A program made the translations under genes and the position numbers. From NCBI GenBank assembly GCA_963667845.2, contig CAXXVL010000002.1:864001-928000 (forward strand): a stretch of DNA of 64,000 nt, written 5' to 3'. Source of the stretch: Smithellaceae bacterium. Its GTDB lineage: Bacteria; Desulfobacterota; Syntrophia; Syntrophales; Smithellaceae. Positions 1-8,768 of the stretch are shown here, piece by piece; position 1 is the stretch's first letter; each line of letters starts with the position of its first letter. Under the pieces are notes generated by a model. The model was not told the origin of the DNA, searched no databases, and saw only the letters and a list, made by a program, of their open reading frames with translations.

Positions 1-2
1 GA

Positions 3-485
3 CGTCCTACATGCGGCAACTGCCATGCCCCGTTGGATGACCTGATTATTCGCTGCCTGAAGTGCGGCACTAAAAATCGCATGCCGGAAGAGCGCTTGAA
101 CGCTAAACCACTCTGCGGAAAATGCGGCGAACCGCTTGTTATCGCAAAGCAGGATATCAAGCCGGTTGACGTAACCGATGATTCTTTCGCCCGCGAGGTA
201 TTAACCACAGAAACATCTGTACTCGTCGACTGCTGGGCACCCTGGTGTGGTCCGTGCAAGAGTCTCTCGCCAATCATCGATGAACTGGCCTCGGATTACG
301 CAAACGGCGTAAAGGTCGTCAAACTAAATGTGGATGAAAATCCGGCTACGGCGTCACAGTATGGTATCCGCAGCATACCCACGATGCTCTTCTTTAAGGA
401 GGGCAGACTTGTAGAACGTCTTGTGGGGGCTCTGCCAAAGCAGGAAATCGAAAAACATCTGCTTGCAATAATCAAAACAAACTGA
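3..485 (+). CDS. trxC: Thioredoxin 2 (TrxC-like) with N-terminal zinc ribbons; probably 5'-truncated by the window edge
   Basis: WCGPC active site and CxxC...CxxC ribbon (CLKC, CGKC). The frame is open back to position 3 and reads RPTCGNCHAPL before the tracked start at 33. Confidence 0.85.
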   Translation, partial: RPTCGNCHAPLDDLIIRCLKCGTKNRMPEERLNAKPLCGKCGEPLVIAKQDIKPVDVTDDSFAREVLTTETSVLVDCWAPWCGPCKSLSPIIDELASDYANGVKVVKLNVDENPATASQYGIRSIPTMLFFKEGRLVERLVGALPKQEIEKHLLAIIKTN

Positions 486-502
486 GTTGGAAATATCTCA
501 TT

Positions 503-1054
503 ATGAATCATTCCAAGAAGCTGTCCTATGCGTGTAAAATTTTTTCAGTCTGGGAAGAAGACGTATTATTGCCCAACGGCAGGACGGTCAGCCAAATCTG
601 GATTGAACATCAACCAACCGTTGCCGTTGCCGCGGTTAACCATAATCAAGAATTGCTTTTGATTCGCCAATTTCGCAAAGCCACGGGGAAGGATCTACTT
701 GAAATCCCGGCCGGCACCATGAACAAGGATGAAGAATCGCCCATTACCTGTGCAATGCGGGAGCTGGCCGAAGAAACAGGCTTTCGCGCAGGTCGGCTGA
801 CCCCCCTTTTTGCCGGATACCTTGTACCGGGTTACTGCAATGAATTTATGTATTTTTTCCTGGCTCAGGATCTCTTCTATGAACCATTGCCGCCCGATGA
901 AGATGAACGTATTGAGGTTATTCCGACGAGGTTTAGCGAAGCCCGGGCTCTGCTGGAAAACGGCACGATTATCGACGCCAAAACGGCTTTAGGCATTATC
1001 CTGGCAGATAACTATTTAAACGACAAGACAAACTTCCCAAAAACGTCCACGTGA
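503..1054 (+). CDS. NUDIX hydrolase, ADP-ribose pyrophosphatase-like
   Basis: Nudix box EIPAG...CAMRELAEETG; C-terminal IIDAKT. Confidence 0.9.
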   Translation: MNHSKKLSYACKIFSVWEEDVLLPNGRTVSQIWIEHQPTVAVAAVNHNQELLLIRQFRKATGKDLLEIPAGTMNKDEESPITCAMRELAEETGFRAGRLTPLFAGYLVPGYCNEFMYFFLAQDLFYEPLPPDEDERIEVIPTRFSEARALLENGTIIDAKTALGIILADNYLNDKTNFPKTST

Positions 1055-1164
1055 AAATGGACAAGTCCTTTTTCTTATATTAGCTTTAACGTCTGAGAGA
1101 TATTTCGCTGTGCCGATAGAGTCGTTTCGAAACCATTGCATAAAATATCTGCAGCTTGGGAGTA

Positions 1165-1704
1165 TCAGCGCAGCATTTTTTCTCTTTTCTCCAGCTGAAT
1201 CTCCAAGTTCTTCAGCTGTTGGATATCTCGTTTTAGCTGCTCATTTTCCTGCTGCAATCTGACAATTTCTGCAGATGACTTATCTTCTTGCTGCTTGGTA
1301 TTATCACGTAACAATTCAATTTCTTTAGCCAATTTAACATTCTCGCCCTGATTCTTTTGCCTCTCTTGCTTTAATTGGCTCTGCAATGCGGAAATCCGGC
1401 CGAGGCTGGTCAACAAAGCCCTGGACGCAGCTATCCATTTACTTCTCGGATATTGATCAATCAGATTTTCCAGTTTGAATTTTGCCTCAATATAATTAGG
1501 TTCTTTTTTCTCATTACTTAAATATGACAAGGCTTCTATGAATAGCTCCTGATCTGAAGGTTCCTGATTAAAAATACTATTTGATTTTTCCTGCGCGTCC
1601 GTGCGGTCCGCCGAGCTGTTGCTGATGACTGATTTTGTGGAACAGCCCGCGAGGATCAAGACGAAGGTCATTAGATAAATCAAATTCTTAATATAGTTCA
1701 ACAC
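1165..1704 (-). CDS. Coiled-coil lipoprotein, YfhG/QseG-like architecture
   Basis: Lipobox LAGC, short TPR-like segment (LIDQYPRSKW), long coiled coil ending LKNLEIQLEKR; overlaps the upstream sensor gene. Confidence 0.65.
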   Translation of the reverse strand: MLNYIKNLIYLMTFVLILAGCSTKSVISNSSADRTDAQEKSNSIFNQEPSDQELFIEALSYLSNEKKEPNYIEAKFKLENLIDQYPRSKWIAASRALLTSLGRISALQSQLKQERQKNQGENVKLAKEIELLRDNTKQQEDKSSAEIVRLQQENEQLKRDIQQLKNLEIQLEKREKMLR

Positions 1705-3083
1705 TCGGTTGGCTCCAGGGTACTTTGTACATTTTGAGAATGCATTATTCTTTTCTTTTCTACATACTCTTCAGTCACGTAGTTACTTCCAGGCATCGTC
1801 TTCGCGAATTCTTTCAGTTCCGCTACTTTTCTTGCCATGTCCAATGGATTTTTAAAGCGCGAACCATCATCCGTCATAATGGCCGCTGTAATAGTAATTA
1901 ATGGAAATTTTTGAACAACTCCCTGACGATTTTTGCCGATAAAGTACTTATTTTCCGCGTCTTCGGGGGCGTAGAAACCAAGAATGCGGTCCGCAAAATC
2001 AATCACCAGTCTTTTGCAGATGGACTGAACATGATCCGGGTTGCCGATAACAACAAAATCATCTCCGCCTATATGACCGAGGAATATCTCCGTCGACTGT
2101 GATTCATTGATGTAACCCTGCAGTATATTTGCAACCTCCTTAATGACTTCGCTGCCCCACGCATATCCATACTTGTCAGCGAACGGTTTAAAGTTATCAA
2201 GATCTACCTGGCACAGCGAAAACGGCCTTCCCTGCGTGAGCAATTGCTCAATCCGATTCTCAATCGCCAGATTTCCGGGCAATCCGGTCAGTGGACTGGC
2301 ATCCAGGTTTAATTCTTCCAGCACCTTGAGTCTTTTAGTCATATAAGCGAATGATTTTGCCAGGGCACCAATTTCGTCATCACGCCTTGCTTCTATCTTA
2401 TGATTCAGGTGGCCTTCCGCAATCAATCTGGTGGCTTTTTGCAGCTGTTGAAGCGGTTTGGAAATATTGCGCGTGATAATCAGCGCCAGAGTAATTCCTA
2501 ATATCAAGCTTAGCAAGCCTAATCCCATCGTCATGTTTACGGCAGTTCCACCTTGTCTCGCGATAAGATTCATTTCATCATTTATAGCCTGATTTGTATT
2601 TTTTTGAATATCGCGCAGCTTGACTGCCATATCATCGATTGTCGCCCTGCCTGCCGTATCGGAAATAGTCTGAGCTTCAGGCAACTGGCCATTTTGCACC
2701 ATCAGAACCTCTGCGGAGAACAACTCCTTTAATCGATTCTGTAATGCATCCAACTCGCTAACCGCGCTCTTAGCTTTACGATCGAGGTTATAATAGCGCA
2801 TCCGGCCAAGTTCCTCACGAAACTCGTTATTCCGCTGCCAAAAAATTTGTTCCAGTTCGGGATCTTTAAGAATTAAATATTTCTTTTCCGCGCTTTCCTG
2901 AGCCAGCAGAACATCCATCAGCTTTTTTGAACTTTCCATCAAAACAAAATGTCGATTCGTAATATTGTAGGCTACTGTATTGAGCTTCTGAAGACTATAC
3001 AATGCGTAAGCGCTGGCCACGGCGGTCAATAGGGCCATAATCAAATAACCTAACAACAATTTGCGGCTGATCGTAAGTTTCAT
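1698..3083 (-). CDS. Membrane diguanylate cyclase (TM, periplasmic helical bundle, TM, HAMP, GGDEF)
   Basis: Two hydrophobic segments, HAMP (RDDEIGALAKSF), SPLTGLPGN, DLDNFK and GGDDF motifs. Confidence 0.85.
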   Translation of the reverse strand: MKLTISRKLLLGYLIMALLTAVASAYALYSLQKLNTVAYNITNRHFVLMESSKKLMDVLLAQESAEKKYLILKDPELEQIFWQRNNEFREELGRMRYYNLDRKAKSAVSELDALQNRLKELFSAEVLMVQNGQLPEAQTISDTAGRATIDDMAVKLRDIQKNTNQAINDEMNLIARQGGTAVNMTMGLGLLSLILGITLALIITRNISKPLQQLQKATRLIAEGHLNHKIEARRDDEIGALAKSFAYMTKRLKVLEELNLDASPLTGLPGNLAIENRIEQLLTQGRPFSLCQVDLDNFKPFADKYGYAWGSEVIKEVANILQGYINESQSTEIFLGHIGGDDFVVIGNPDHVQSICKRLVIDFADRILGFYAPEDAENKYFIGKNRQGVVQKFPLITITAAIMTDDGSRFKNPLDMARKVAELKEFAKTMPGSNYVTEEYVEKKRIMHSQNVQSTLEPTEC

Positions 3084-3240
3084 TTTTTATAGAAGACCCG
3101 TGAGGTTGGTGCAAATTCTCGATAATGTAATCCAAATACCCTTTTTTTGAGTAACACAACAGTCCTTTCTGCGCAAAGAATAATTTATCTTGTCGTTCAT
3201 TTTTCCTGTTTCTTTGCACACCTAAAAATCGGAAAGCTTC

Positions 3241-3269
3241 TTGCCACGGAAGAAAAGTTTTGTTAAACT
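3241..3269 (+). promoter_or_regulatory. Putative sigma-70 promoter of paaK
   Basis: TTGCCA-N17-TAAACT with a TGn extended -10. Confidence 0.45.
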
Positions 3270-3381
3270 GATAACCAGAAGCAGGCTGAACTTTCCAGAA
3301 TATTTAGAAATCCGTTAAGACAGGCGATATCATCGCACCTTGTCTGAATGTTCGCTTCTTTGAAAGATGGGAAACGCACAT

Positions 3382-4680
3382 ATGATATATAATGAAGAAT
3401 TTGAAACCCTGCCCCGTGAAGCGTTGAAGGCTTTGCAAATCAAACGACTTCAGCAGGTTCTGCAGCGTGTTTATCACACGGTTGGTCATTATAAGAAATC
3501 TCTGGATGCCGCGAAAATTTCGCCCGAAAATATGCAGTCCCTTGACGATTTATCGAAAATTCCTTTTATTACCCGTCAGGATCTGCGCGACAATTATCCT
3601 TTTGGCTTGTTTGCTGTACCTATGAGTAATGTGGTGCGCTTGCACGCCTCTTCCGGAACATCGGGCCGCTCCTCCGTATTCGGTTACACTAAACGCGACG
3701 TTGACACCTGGACTGAATTGACTGCCCGCTCTCTGGTTGCAGCTGGACTTACGAAAAATGACATCGTCCATAATGCGTTCAGCTACGGGTTGCTTCCCGG
3801 GGGCCTCGGCTTGCATTATGGTATCGAAAAAATCGGCGCCAGCGTCATCCCCATGTCGGACGGCAACACCAAGCGACAAATCCTGCTTCTTCAGGATTTC
3901 GGTCCAACCGTTCTGTGCTCAACGCCGTCTTACGCATTGCATCTGGCCGAACAGGGCACTGCGATGGGCGTGGATATGAAATCTCTGCAATTACGCGTAG
4001 GCATCTTTGGAGCAGAACTCTGGAGCAATACCACCAGGGATGCCATTGAAAAAGCTTTCGACATCAAAGCCCTGAACATCTTCGGGTTGTCGGAAATGAT
4101 GGGCCCGGGTATTGCCTGTGAATGCCTTGAGGGCCGTGGCGGCATGCACATTTTCGAAGATCATTTCATCGTGGAAACCATTAACCCCGAGACCGGCGAA
4201 GTGCTTCCGGAAGGAATGGAAGGCGAATTGGTATTTACTAGCCTGACCAAGGAAGCCTTCCCCCTGATCCGTTACCGATCAGGCGACATCTCGCGGCTTA
4301 TTCAGGAACCCTGCCGCTGCGGACGCACGCACATCCGGATGGAACCGGTACTCAGGAGAAGCGACGACATGTTGACGATCCGCGGCATTAATATATTCCC
4401 GATTCAGGTGGAGGCAATTCTCAAGGCTATCGAAGGCGTTGAACCCAACTACCAGTTGATCATTGATAAGGTCGGCGCACTGGACGCCGTCGAACTGCAT
4501 GTGGAAGTGGGCGATAAATTCTTTGGTGAAGCAGGTGGCGTCAAGGAATTACAGACCATCGAGAAGAGGATCGTCAAGGATATGAAAGACTATCTGAGCA
4601 TCTCGCCGCGTGTCAAATTGGTGGCCCCGCAAAGCCTGCCGGATAAAGGGACAAAGGTCGTTGATAAACGTTCAATCTAA
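3382..4680 (+). CDS. paaK: Phenylacetate-CoA ligase family protein
   Basis: HASSGTSG P-loop, GLSEMMGPG, PLIRYRSGD; start placed at MIYNEEFETL (alternative 3367). Confidence 0.85.
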   Translation: MIYNEEFETLPREALKALQIKRLQQVLQRVYHTVGHYKKSLDAAKISPENMQSLDDLSKIPFITRQDLRDNYPFGLFAVPMSNVVRLHASSGTSGRSSVFGYTKRDVDTWTELTARSLVAAGLTKNDIVHNAFSYGLLPGGLGLHYGIEKIGASVIPMSDGNTKRQILLLQDFGPTVLCSTPSYALHLAEQGTAMGVDMKSLQLRVGIFGAELWSNTTRDAIEKAFDIKALNIFGLSEMMGPGIACECLEGRGGMHIFEDHFIVETINPETGEVLPEGMEGELVFTSLTKEAFPLIRYRSGDISRLIQEPCRCGRTHIRMEPVLRRSDDMLTIRGINIFPIQVEAILKAIEGVEPNYQLIIDKVGALDAVELHVEVGDKFFGEAGGVKELQTIEKRIVKDMKDYLSISPRVKLVAPQSLPDKGTKVVDKRSI

Positions 4681-4777
4681 CTTCACACACCCGTAGGGAC
4701 CGGTCCGGCCAGCCCGCATAAGTGGCCTTAAACCGTTTCCTGCAATTACGAACTCAAGGATTTTGGAGGGATCATTC

Positions 4778-5209
4778 ATGAAGGTAGAACAAATCTCAGT
4801 TTTTCTGGAAAACAAACCCGGCTCGCTCGAACACGCCACTCGTGTGCTGAAGGAAAACAACATCAACATCCGCACCCTGTCGCTTGCCGAAACGGCGGAT
4901 TTCGGCATTTTACGCCTCATCGTGAATGACGTGGAAAAAACCAACAAGGTTCTTAAAGACGCCGGCTTCCGGGTCAGCAAAACCATTGTCGTCGCAGTGG
5001 AAGTTCCCGATCAGCCGGGCGGACTGCACAGCATTATGGACGTCCTGAACAAGGAAGCCATCAACGTGGAATACCTTTACGCCTTCGTGGAGAAGAGCGG
5101 CCAGAACGCGGTCATCATCTTCCGCTTCGACGCCCCGGAAAAAGCCATCGACGTGTTGTTGAAACATAACTTTACGGTGGTACCGGGAGCAAAACTTTAC
5201 GACTTTTAG
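4778..5209 (+). CDS. Tandem ACT-domain protein, commonly linked to paaK
   Basis: [42 protein letters not shown] upstream. Confidence 0.9.
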   Translation: MKVEQISVFLENKPGSLEHATRVLKENNINIRTLSLAETADFGILRLIVNDVEKTNKVLKDAGFRVSKTIVVAVEVPDQPGGLHSIMDVLNKEAINVEYLYAFVEKSGQNAVIIFRFDAPEKAIDVLLKHNFTVVPGAKLYDF

Positions 5210-5228
5210 TGCGACCCGCTGAAAACGA

Positions 5229-5246
5229 ATCCCGACAAATCGGGAT
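5229..5246. repeat. Short REP-like palindrome ATCCCGA-caaa-TCGGGAT
   Basis: Perfect 7-bp stem in the intergenic gap; resembles the ATCCCGC...GCGGGA hairpins at 21994 and 23399. Confidence 0.4.
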
Positions 5247-5306
5247 GAAGTTTGAAGCGTTAGCCGAATTATCCCAGAGCGAAGCGACGTGGGGTGATGG
5301 TTGGTC

Positions 5307-6071
5307 ATGAGCGAAACTTTGAAACAATTGATTACGGATTTCCTAAAGCGGCAGGTAACCGATTTCGGTTTTGCCTCCGTGGATCGTTTTGCCGACGCAC
5401 CTCCCGCGCATCATCCCCGGCGCATTTGCAAAAACGCCGAAACCGTGATTGTTTTCGGTATTACCGTTCCCCGGGGTATGCTCAAGTCACCTGACTATAA
5501 TCTTTACGCCCTGCATCGCAGTTATCACAGCGCTTATATGCGCGTTGATGAAATTTCCCTCGCCCTTTGTAATTACATCGAGTCCCTGGGCAAGCATCTG
5601 GCCGTTCCTGTTCCCAGCTATGCCCCAATGGTTTTTCATCAATTTGAACCATGGGGCATTTTGTCGCTGAAGCATGCCGCGGTCAATGCCGGCCTGGGCA
5701 GCTTTGGACGAAGCGGTCTGACCTATCATCCGCAATACGGCGCGCTTTTACGGTTGGGTGCTGTGGTAACAGACGCGGTGATAGACGCGGATCCTCTGCT
5801 TCCCCCGAATCCTTGTCCTCCCAACTGTACAGCCTGTTCAAAGGTGTGTCCGGCCAAAGCCTTGGGCGCTGATGGAAAATTCAATAAAATGACTTGTCTG
5901 GGCCGTATAATTAAGCACGCCATTTATCCTCTGGCTCTGAACAGTGAAGCTGGTTTGAAAAATATTGAGAGGGTCATTAATACGGCCGGACACAATTACT
6001 GGATTGACTGTGACGAATGTCTGAAGGTTTGCCCGTTGAACATAAAGAAAGAGCAGAGTAAAGATCGATAA
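5307..6071 (+). CDS. Epoxyqueuosine reductase-like (QueG-related) Fe-S protein
   Basis: SLKHAAVNAGLGSFGRSGL, CxxCxxxCP and CxxCxxxCP Fe-S motifs. Confidence 0.7.
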   Translation: MSETLKQLITDFLKRQVTDFGFASVDRFADAPPAHHPRRICKNAETVIVFGITVPRGMLKSPDYNLYALHRSYHSAYMRVDEISLALCNYIESLGKHLAVPVPSYAPMVFHQFEPWGILSLKHAAVNAGLGSFGRSGLTYHPQYGALLRLGAVVTDAVIDADPLLPPNPCPPNCTACSKVCPAKALGADGKFNKMTCLGRIIKHAIYPLALNSEAGLKNIERVINTAGHNYWIDCDECLKVCPLNIKKEQSKDR

Positions 6072-6095
6072 GTTTTTTATGATGTTTTCTACATT

Positions 6096-6131
6096 AAAAC
6101 GGTAGACGCTGAATGGTGTCTACCGTTTTTT
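6096..6131. terminator. Bidirectional intrinsic terminator
   Basis: AAAACGGTAGAC...GTCTACCGTTTTTT between convergent genes. Confidence 0.8.
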
Positions 6132-6152
6132 CATCTTGGTTAACTCATCCTT

Positions 6153-6470
6153 TTATTGTAATGGCTTCCCGCATTCCTTGCACTTACCGTCTGCGCCGAT
6201 GACACCAATGCAGGATTCATCGATGCACAGGACTCTTTTCTGCCATTCATCATCATCTAAACCCATATCCGTTGCAGAATCCTGTTTTTGATCTTCGGCA
6301 TAGGCAGGTCGATCGGCAATCGCGCCGGGAATCTCCGGAAGTTCACCTTCGTACATTTTCCCGCAAGCTCTGCATTTCCGGTCCGGGCCGATCGTTCCAA
6401 TACATGATTCATCGCTGCACAGAACACGCTTTTCCCAGTCTTCGTTCTCATCAAAAATGATTTCGGTCAT
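6153..6470 (-). CDS. Small hypothetical protein with two tandem Cys4 repeats
   Basis: Two copies of W.KRVLC.DESCIG.IG.D.KC..CGK; GGAG upstream of ATG. Confidence 0.8.
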   Translation of the reverse strand: MTEIIFDENEDWEKRVLCSDESCIGTIGPDRKCRACGKMYEGELPEIPGAIADRPAYAEDQKQDSATDMGLDDDEWQKRVLCIDESCIGVIGADGKCKECGKPLQ

Positions 6471-6607
6471 TCTTTTCTCCGTTTTGATTGATAGAGCTTC
6501 TTATGACGGCTTTGAAAAAAAGTCAAATCGAACCGTCATCGGTTGAGAACACAATGGTCTGCAACCACCCTTGGGGTGGCGAGAGCCCTTGTTCTTAGTT
6601 TCAAATA

Positions 6608-8050
6608 TCATCCTTTAATACAGGCCACTGACTTCAAGCGCGCAACTTTACGGGCAATTCCCGCATCGTGAACAACCTGAACCACGTCATTGAGGTTTTT
6701 ATAGGCTTCCGGCATTTCTTCGCCGAGTGTGCCCTTACTGCCGGCCATGACCAAAACGCCTTGATCAGCGAGTTCCCGGCTAATGGAGCGGCCCCGGCTG
6801 GTCTTTGTCGCCTGTGTTCGGCTCATCACCCGGCCCGCTCCGTGGCAGGCGCTGCCGAATGTTTCGGTCATCGCTTTTTCCTGACCGACCAGCACATAAG
6901 AGCCCGCCCCCATGTCTCCGGGAATCAGGACAGGTTGGCCGACGCTTCGATAACGTGCTGGAACTGCTTCATGACCTGCCGGGTAGGCCCTTGTTGCGCC
7001 TTTGCGATGAACGCAAAGTTTCTTCTCAATGCCGGCAATAGTGAACGATTCGATTTTGGCAATATTATGACAGACATCATAAACGAGACGCATCCCCAGC
7101 TCGCGCGGCGCAATCCGCAACGTCTTTTCCAGAACCTCCTGGGTCAGATGCATAAGAATCTGCCGGTTGGCCCAGGCATAATTGGCGCCGCAGGCCATGG
7201 CCGCCAGATAATTGCGCCCCCGCTGCGAGGCCAGATACGTGCAGGCCAGCTGCCGGTCCGGTAGTGCAATGCCTGTTTCGGCTTGATGCTTGACCATCAA
7301 AGCCAGGTAATCATCACAGATTTGATAACCCAACCCTCTGGAACCCGTGTGGATCATGATAACAATTTGACCTTTGCGCAAACCAAACGCCTGTGCCGCT
7401 TTTTCATCGAAGATGTCCTGGACGACTTCTATTTCCAGAAAGTGATTACCGGAACCCAGCGTTCCCAGTTGCTGCTTTCCCCGCTCAAGAGCTCTTGCCG
7501 AAACCTGCTCCGGGTCGGCGCTGACGAGACAGCCGCCGTCTTCCGTTGTTTCCAAATCCTGGGCAGATCCAAAGCCTGCTTTGACCGCCCATCCCGCTCC
7601 TTCCTCCAGCACTTTTTTCTGATCCTTGCCGGAGAGTTTGACATAACCTGTAGTGCCGACACCCGACGGTATTCGCTGATATAAAGCCGTCGTTAAATCC
7701 CTCAGCTTCTCTTTGATGTCGATAAGGGTGAGCTCCGTGGCCATCAGGCGGCAGCCGCAGTTGATGTCGTAGCCAACGCCGCCCGGCGATATTACGCCCG
7801 TGTCCATATCAAAAGCCGCGACGCCGCCGATGGGAAACCCATAACCCCAGTGAATGTCCGGCATGGCCAGCGAGAAATTGACAATACCCGGCAGATGCGC
7901 TACGTTCGCTACCTGCTTGGCGCTTTCATCATTTCTCAGAAGATTAAATATTTTCTCATTAGCATAGAAAATTCCCGGCACGCGCATCTGCCCTGTCTGA
8001 GGCAGCAACCACCGATTGTCATCAATCTTTTCCAGTTTAATGTCAGACAT
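6608..8050 (-). CDS. rtcB: RtcB RNA ligase (long, archease-associated type)
   Basis: MPDIHWGYGFPIGG, GYDINCG, GSGNHF, HRKGAT, SACHGAGR. Confidence 0.95.
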   Translation of the reverse strand: MSDIKLEKIDDNRWLLPQTGQMRVPGIFYANEKIFNLLRNDESAKQVANVAHLPGIVNFSLAMPDIHWGYGFPIGGVAAFDMDTGVISPGGVGYDINCGCRLMATELTLIDIKEKLRDLTTALYQRIPSGVGTTGYVKLSGKDQKKVLEEGAGWAVKAGFGSAQDLETTEDGGCLVSADPEQVSARALERGKQQLGTLGSGNHFLEIEVVQDIFDEKAAQAFGLRKGQIVIMIHTGSRGLGYQICDDYLALMVKHQAETGIALPDRQLACTYLASQRGRNYLAAMACGANYAWANRQILMHLTQEVLEKTLRIAPRELGMRLVYDVCHNIAKIESFTIAGIEKKLCVHRKGATRAYPAGHEAVPARYRSVGQPVLIPGDMGAGSYVLVGQEKAMTETFGSACHGAGRVMSRTQATKTSRGRSISRELADQGVLVMAGSKGTLGEEMPEAYKNLNDVVQVVHDAGIARKVARLKSVACIKG

Positions 8051-8090
8051 TATGAATTCTCATACGAAGTATAAATTGCTACGCTCCTCC

Positions 8091-8214
8091 GACGATCTCG
8101 AAAAAAGCTCCAGAGGCAAGGCGCGCAAATCCCGAGGAATGAGACGTACTCTTGTACGTCGCAATGACGAGGAATGCAGAGCAACGCAGCATATGGTCTT
8201 TTTGCGAGGTCGTC
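8091..8214. mobile_element. MITE-like non-autonomous element, 124 bp
   Basis: 17-bp terminal inverted repeats, GACGATCTCGAAAAAAG and CTTTTTGCGAGGTCGTC (15/17 match); internal palindrome GACGTAC-tctt-GTACGTC. Confidence 0.6.
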
Positions 8215-8632
8215 AGACATCAAAGATCACCCTCGCCTTCCATCCCGACTTTGTTCTTTCCACTCTGAGGCCATGATAGGTAACGGCTTTGAGCTCCATT
8301 TTCATGGAATGCTTTTCTTTATTGTATGGCTCGACGCGTAATTTGGCAACCAGCCTTTGATTACTGCACTCCTGAATGTTGCAGTCCTCCACGATCAACG
8401 CCTCTCCGTTAAAAAGATACAAAATCTCCCGCAAAAAATTAATCAGCAAATCCGCCGGATCGGAACCTTCCACGGTGAGCGCTTTTTCTTTCGAGCCTGC
8501 CGGCGTTCCTTTTCTTTCCACAAGAATGTCCATAAGAGACAATGCGGCTTTCGTAAACAGCTCCCTCTTCGTTCGCCCGGTGACTTCAATGCCCAGATCG
8601 GCGGTATGGTCTATCAGTTTGTATAACGTCAT
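8213..8632 (-). CDS. Archease
   Basis: DHTADLGI, ELKAVTYHGL and C-terminal IFDV; adjacent to rtcB. Confidence 0.93.
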   Translation of the reverse strand: MTLYKLIDHTADLGIEVTGRTKRELFTKAALSLMDILVERKGTPAGSKEKALTVEGSDPADLLINFLREILYLFNGEALIVEDCNIQECSNQRLVAKLRVEPYNKEKHSMKMELKAVTYHGLRVERTKSGWKARVIFDV

Positions 8633-8731
8633 GCGGGAAGTATAGCGGAATGTTTCAAGATGAACAAGTCAGGAAAGCCGGTGCTACCGACCGGACTATT
8701 GCAAGGACTCACAACCCGGGGTGTAATCAAT

Positions 8732-8757
8732 AGGGGGCTGATTTCGATCAACCCCCT
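8732..8757. terminator. Stem-loop after gyrA, possible weak terminator
   Basis: AGGGGG...CCCCCT inverted repeat just past the gyrA stop; weak U-tract on the minus strand. Confidence 0.4.
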
Positions 8758-8768
8758 TGTTTTTAATT

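Noticed and set aside
8651..8666. parS-like TGTTTCAAGATGAACA
   Set aside because: Four mismatches to TGTTTCACGTGAAACA, in and next to the core. Candidates near 1043 and 18153 are weaker. No parS site is called.
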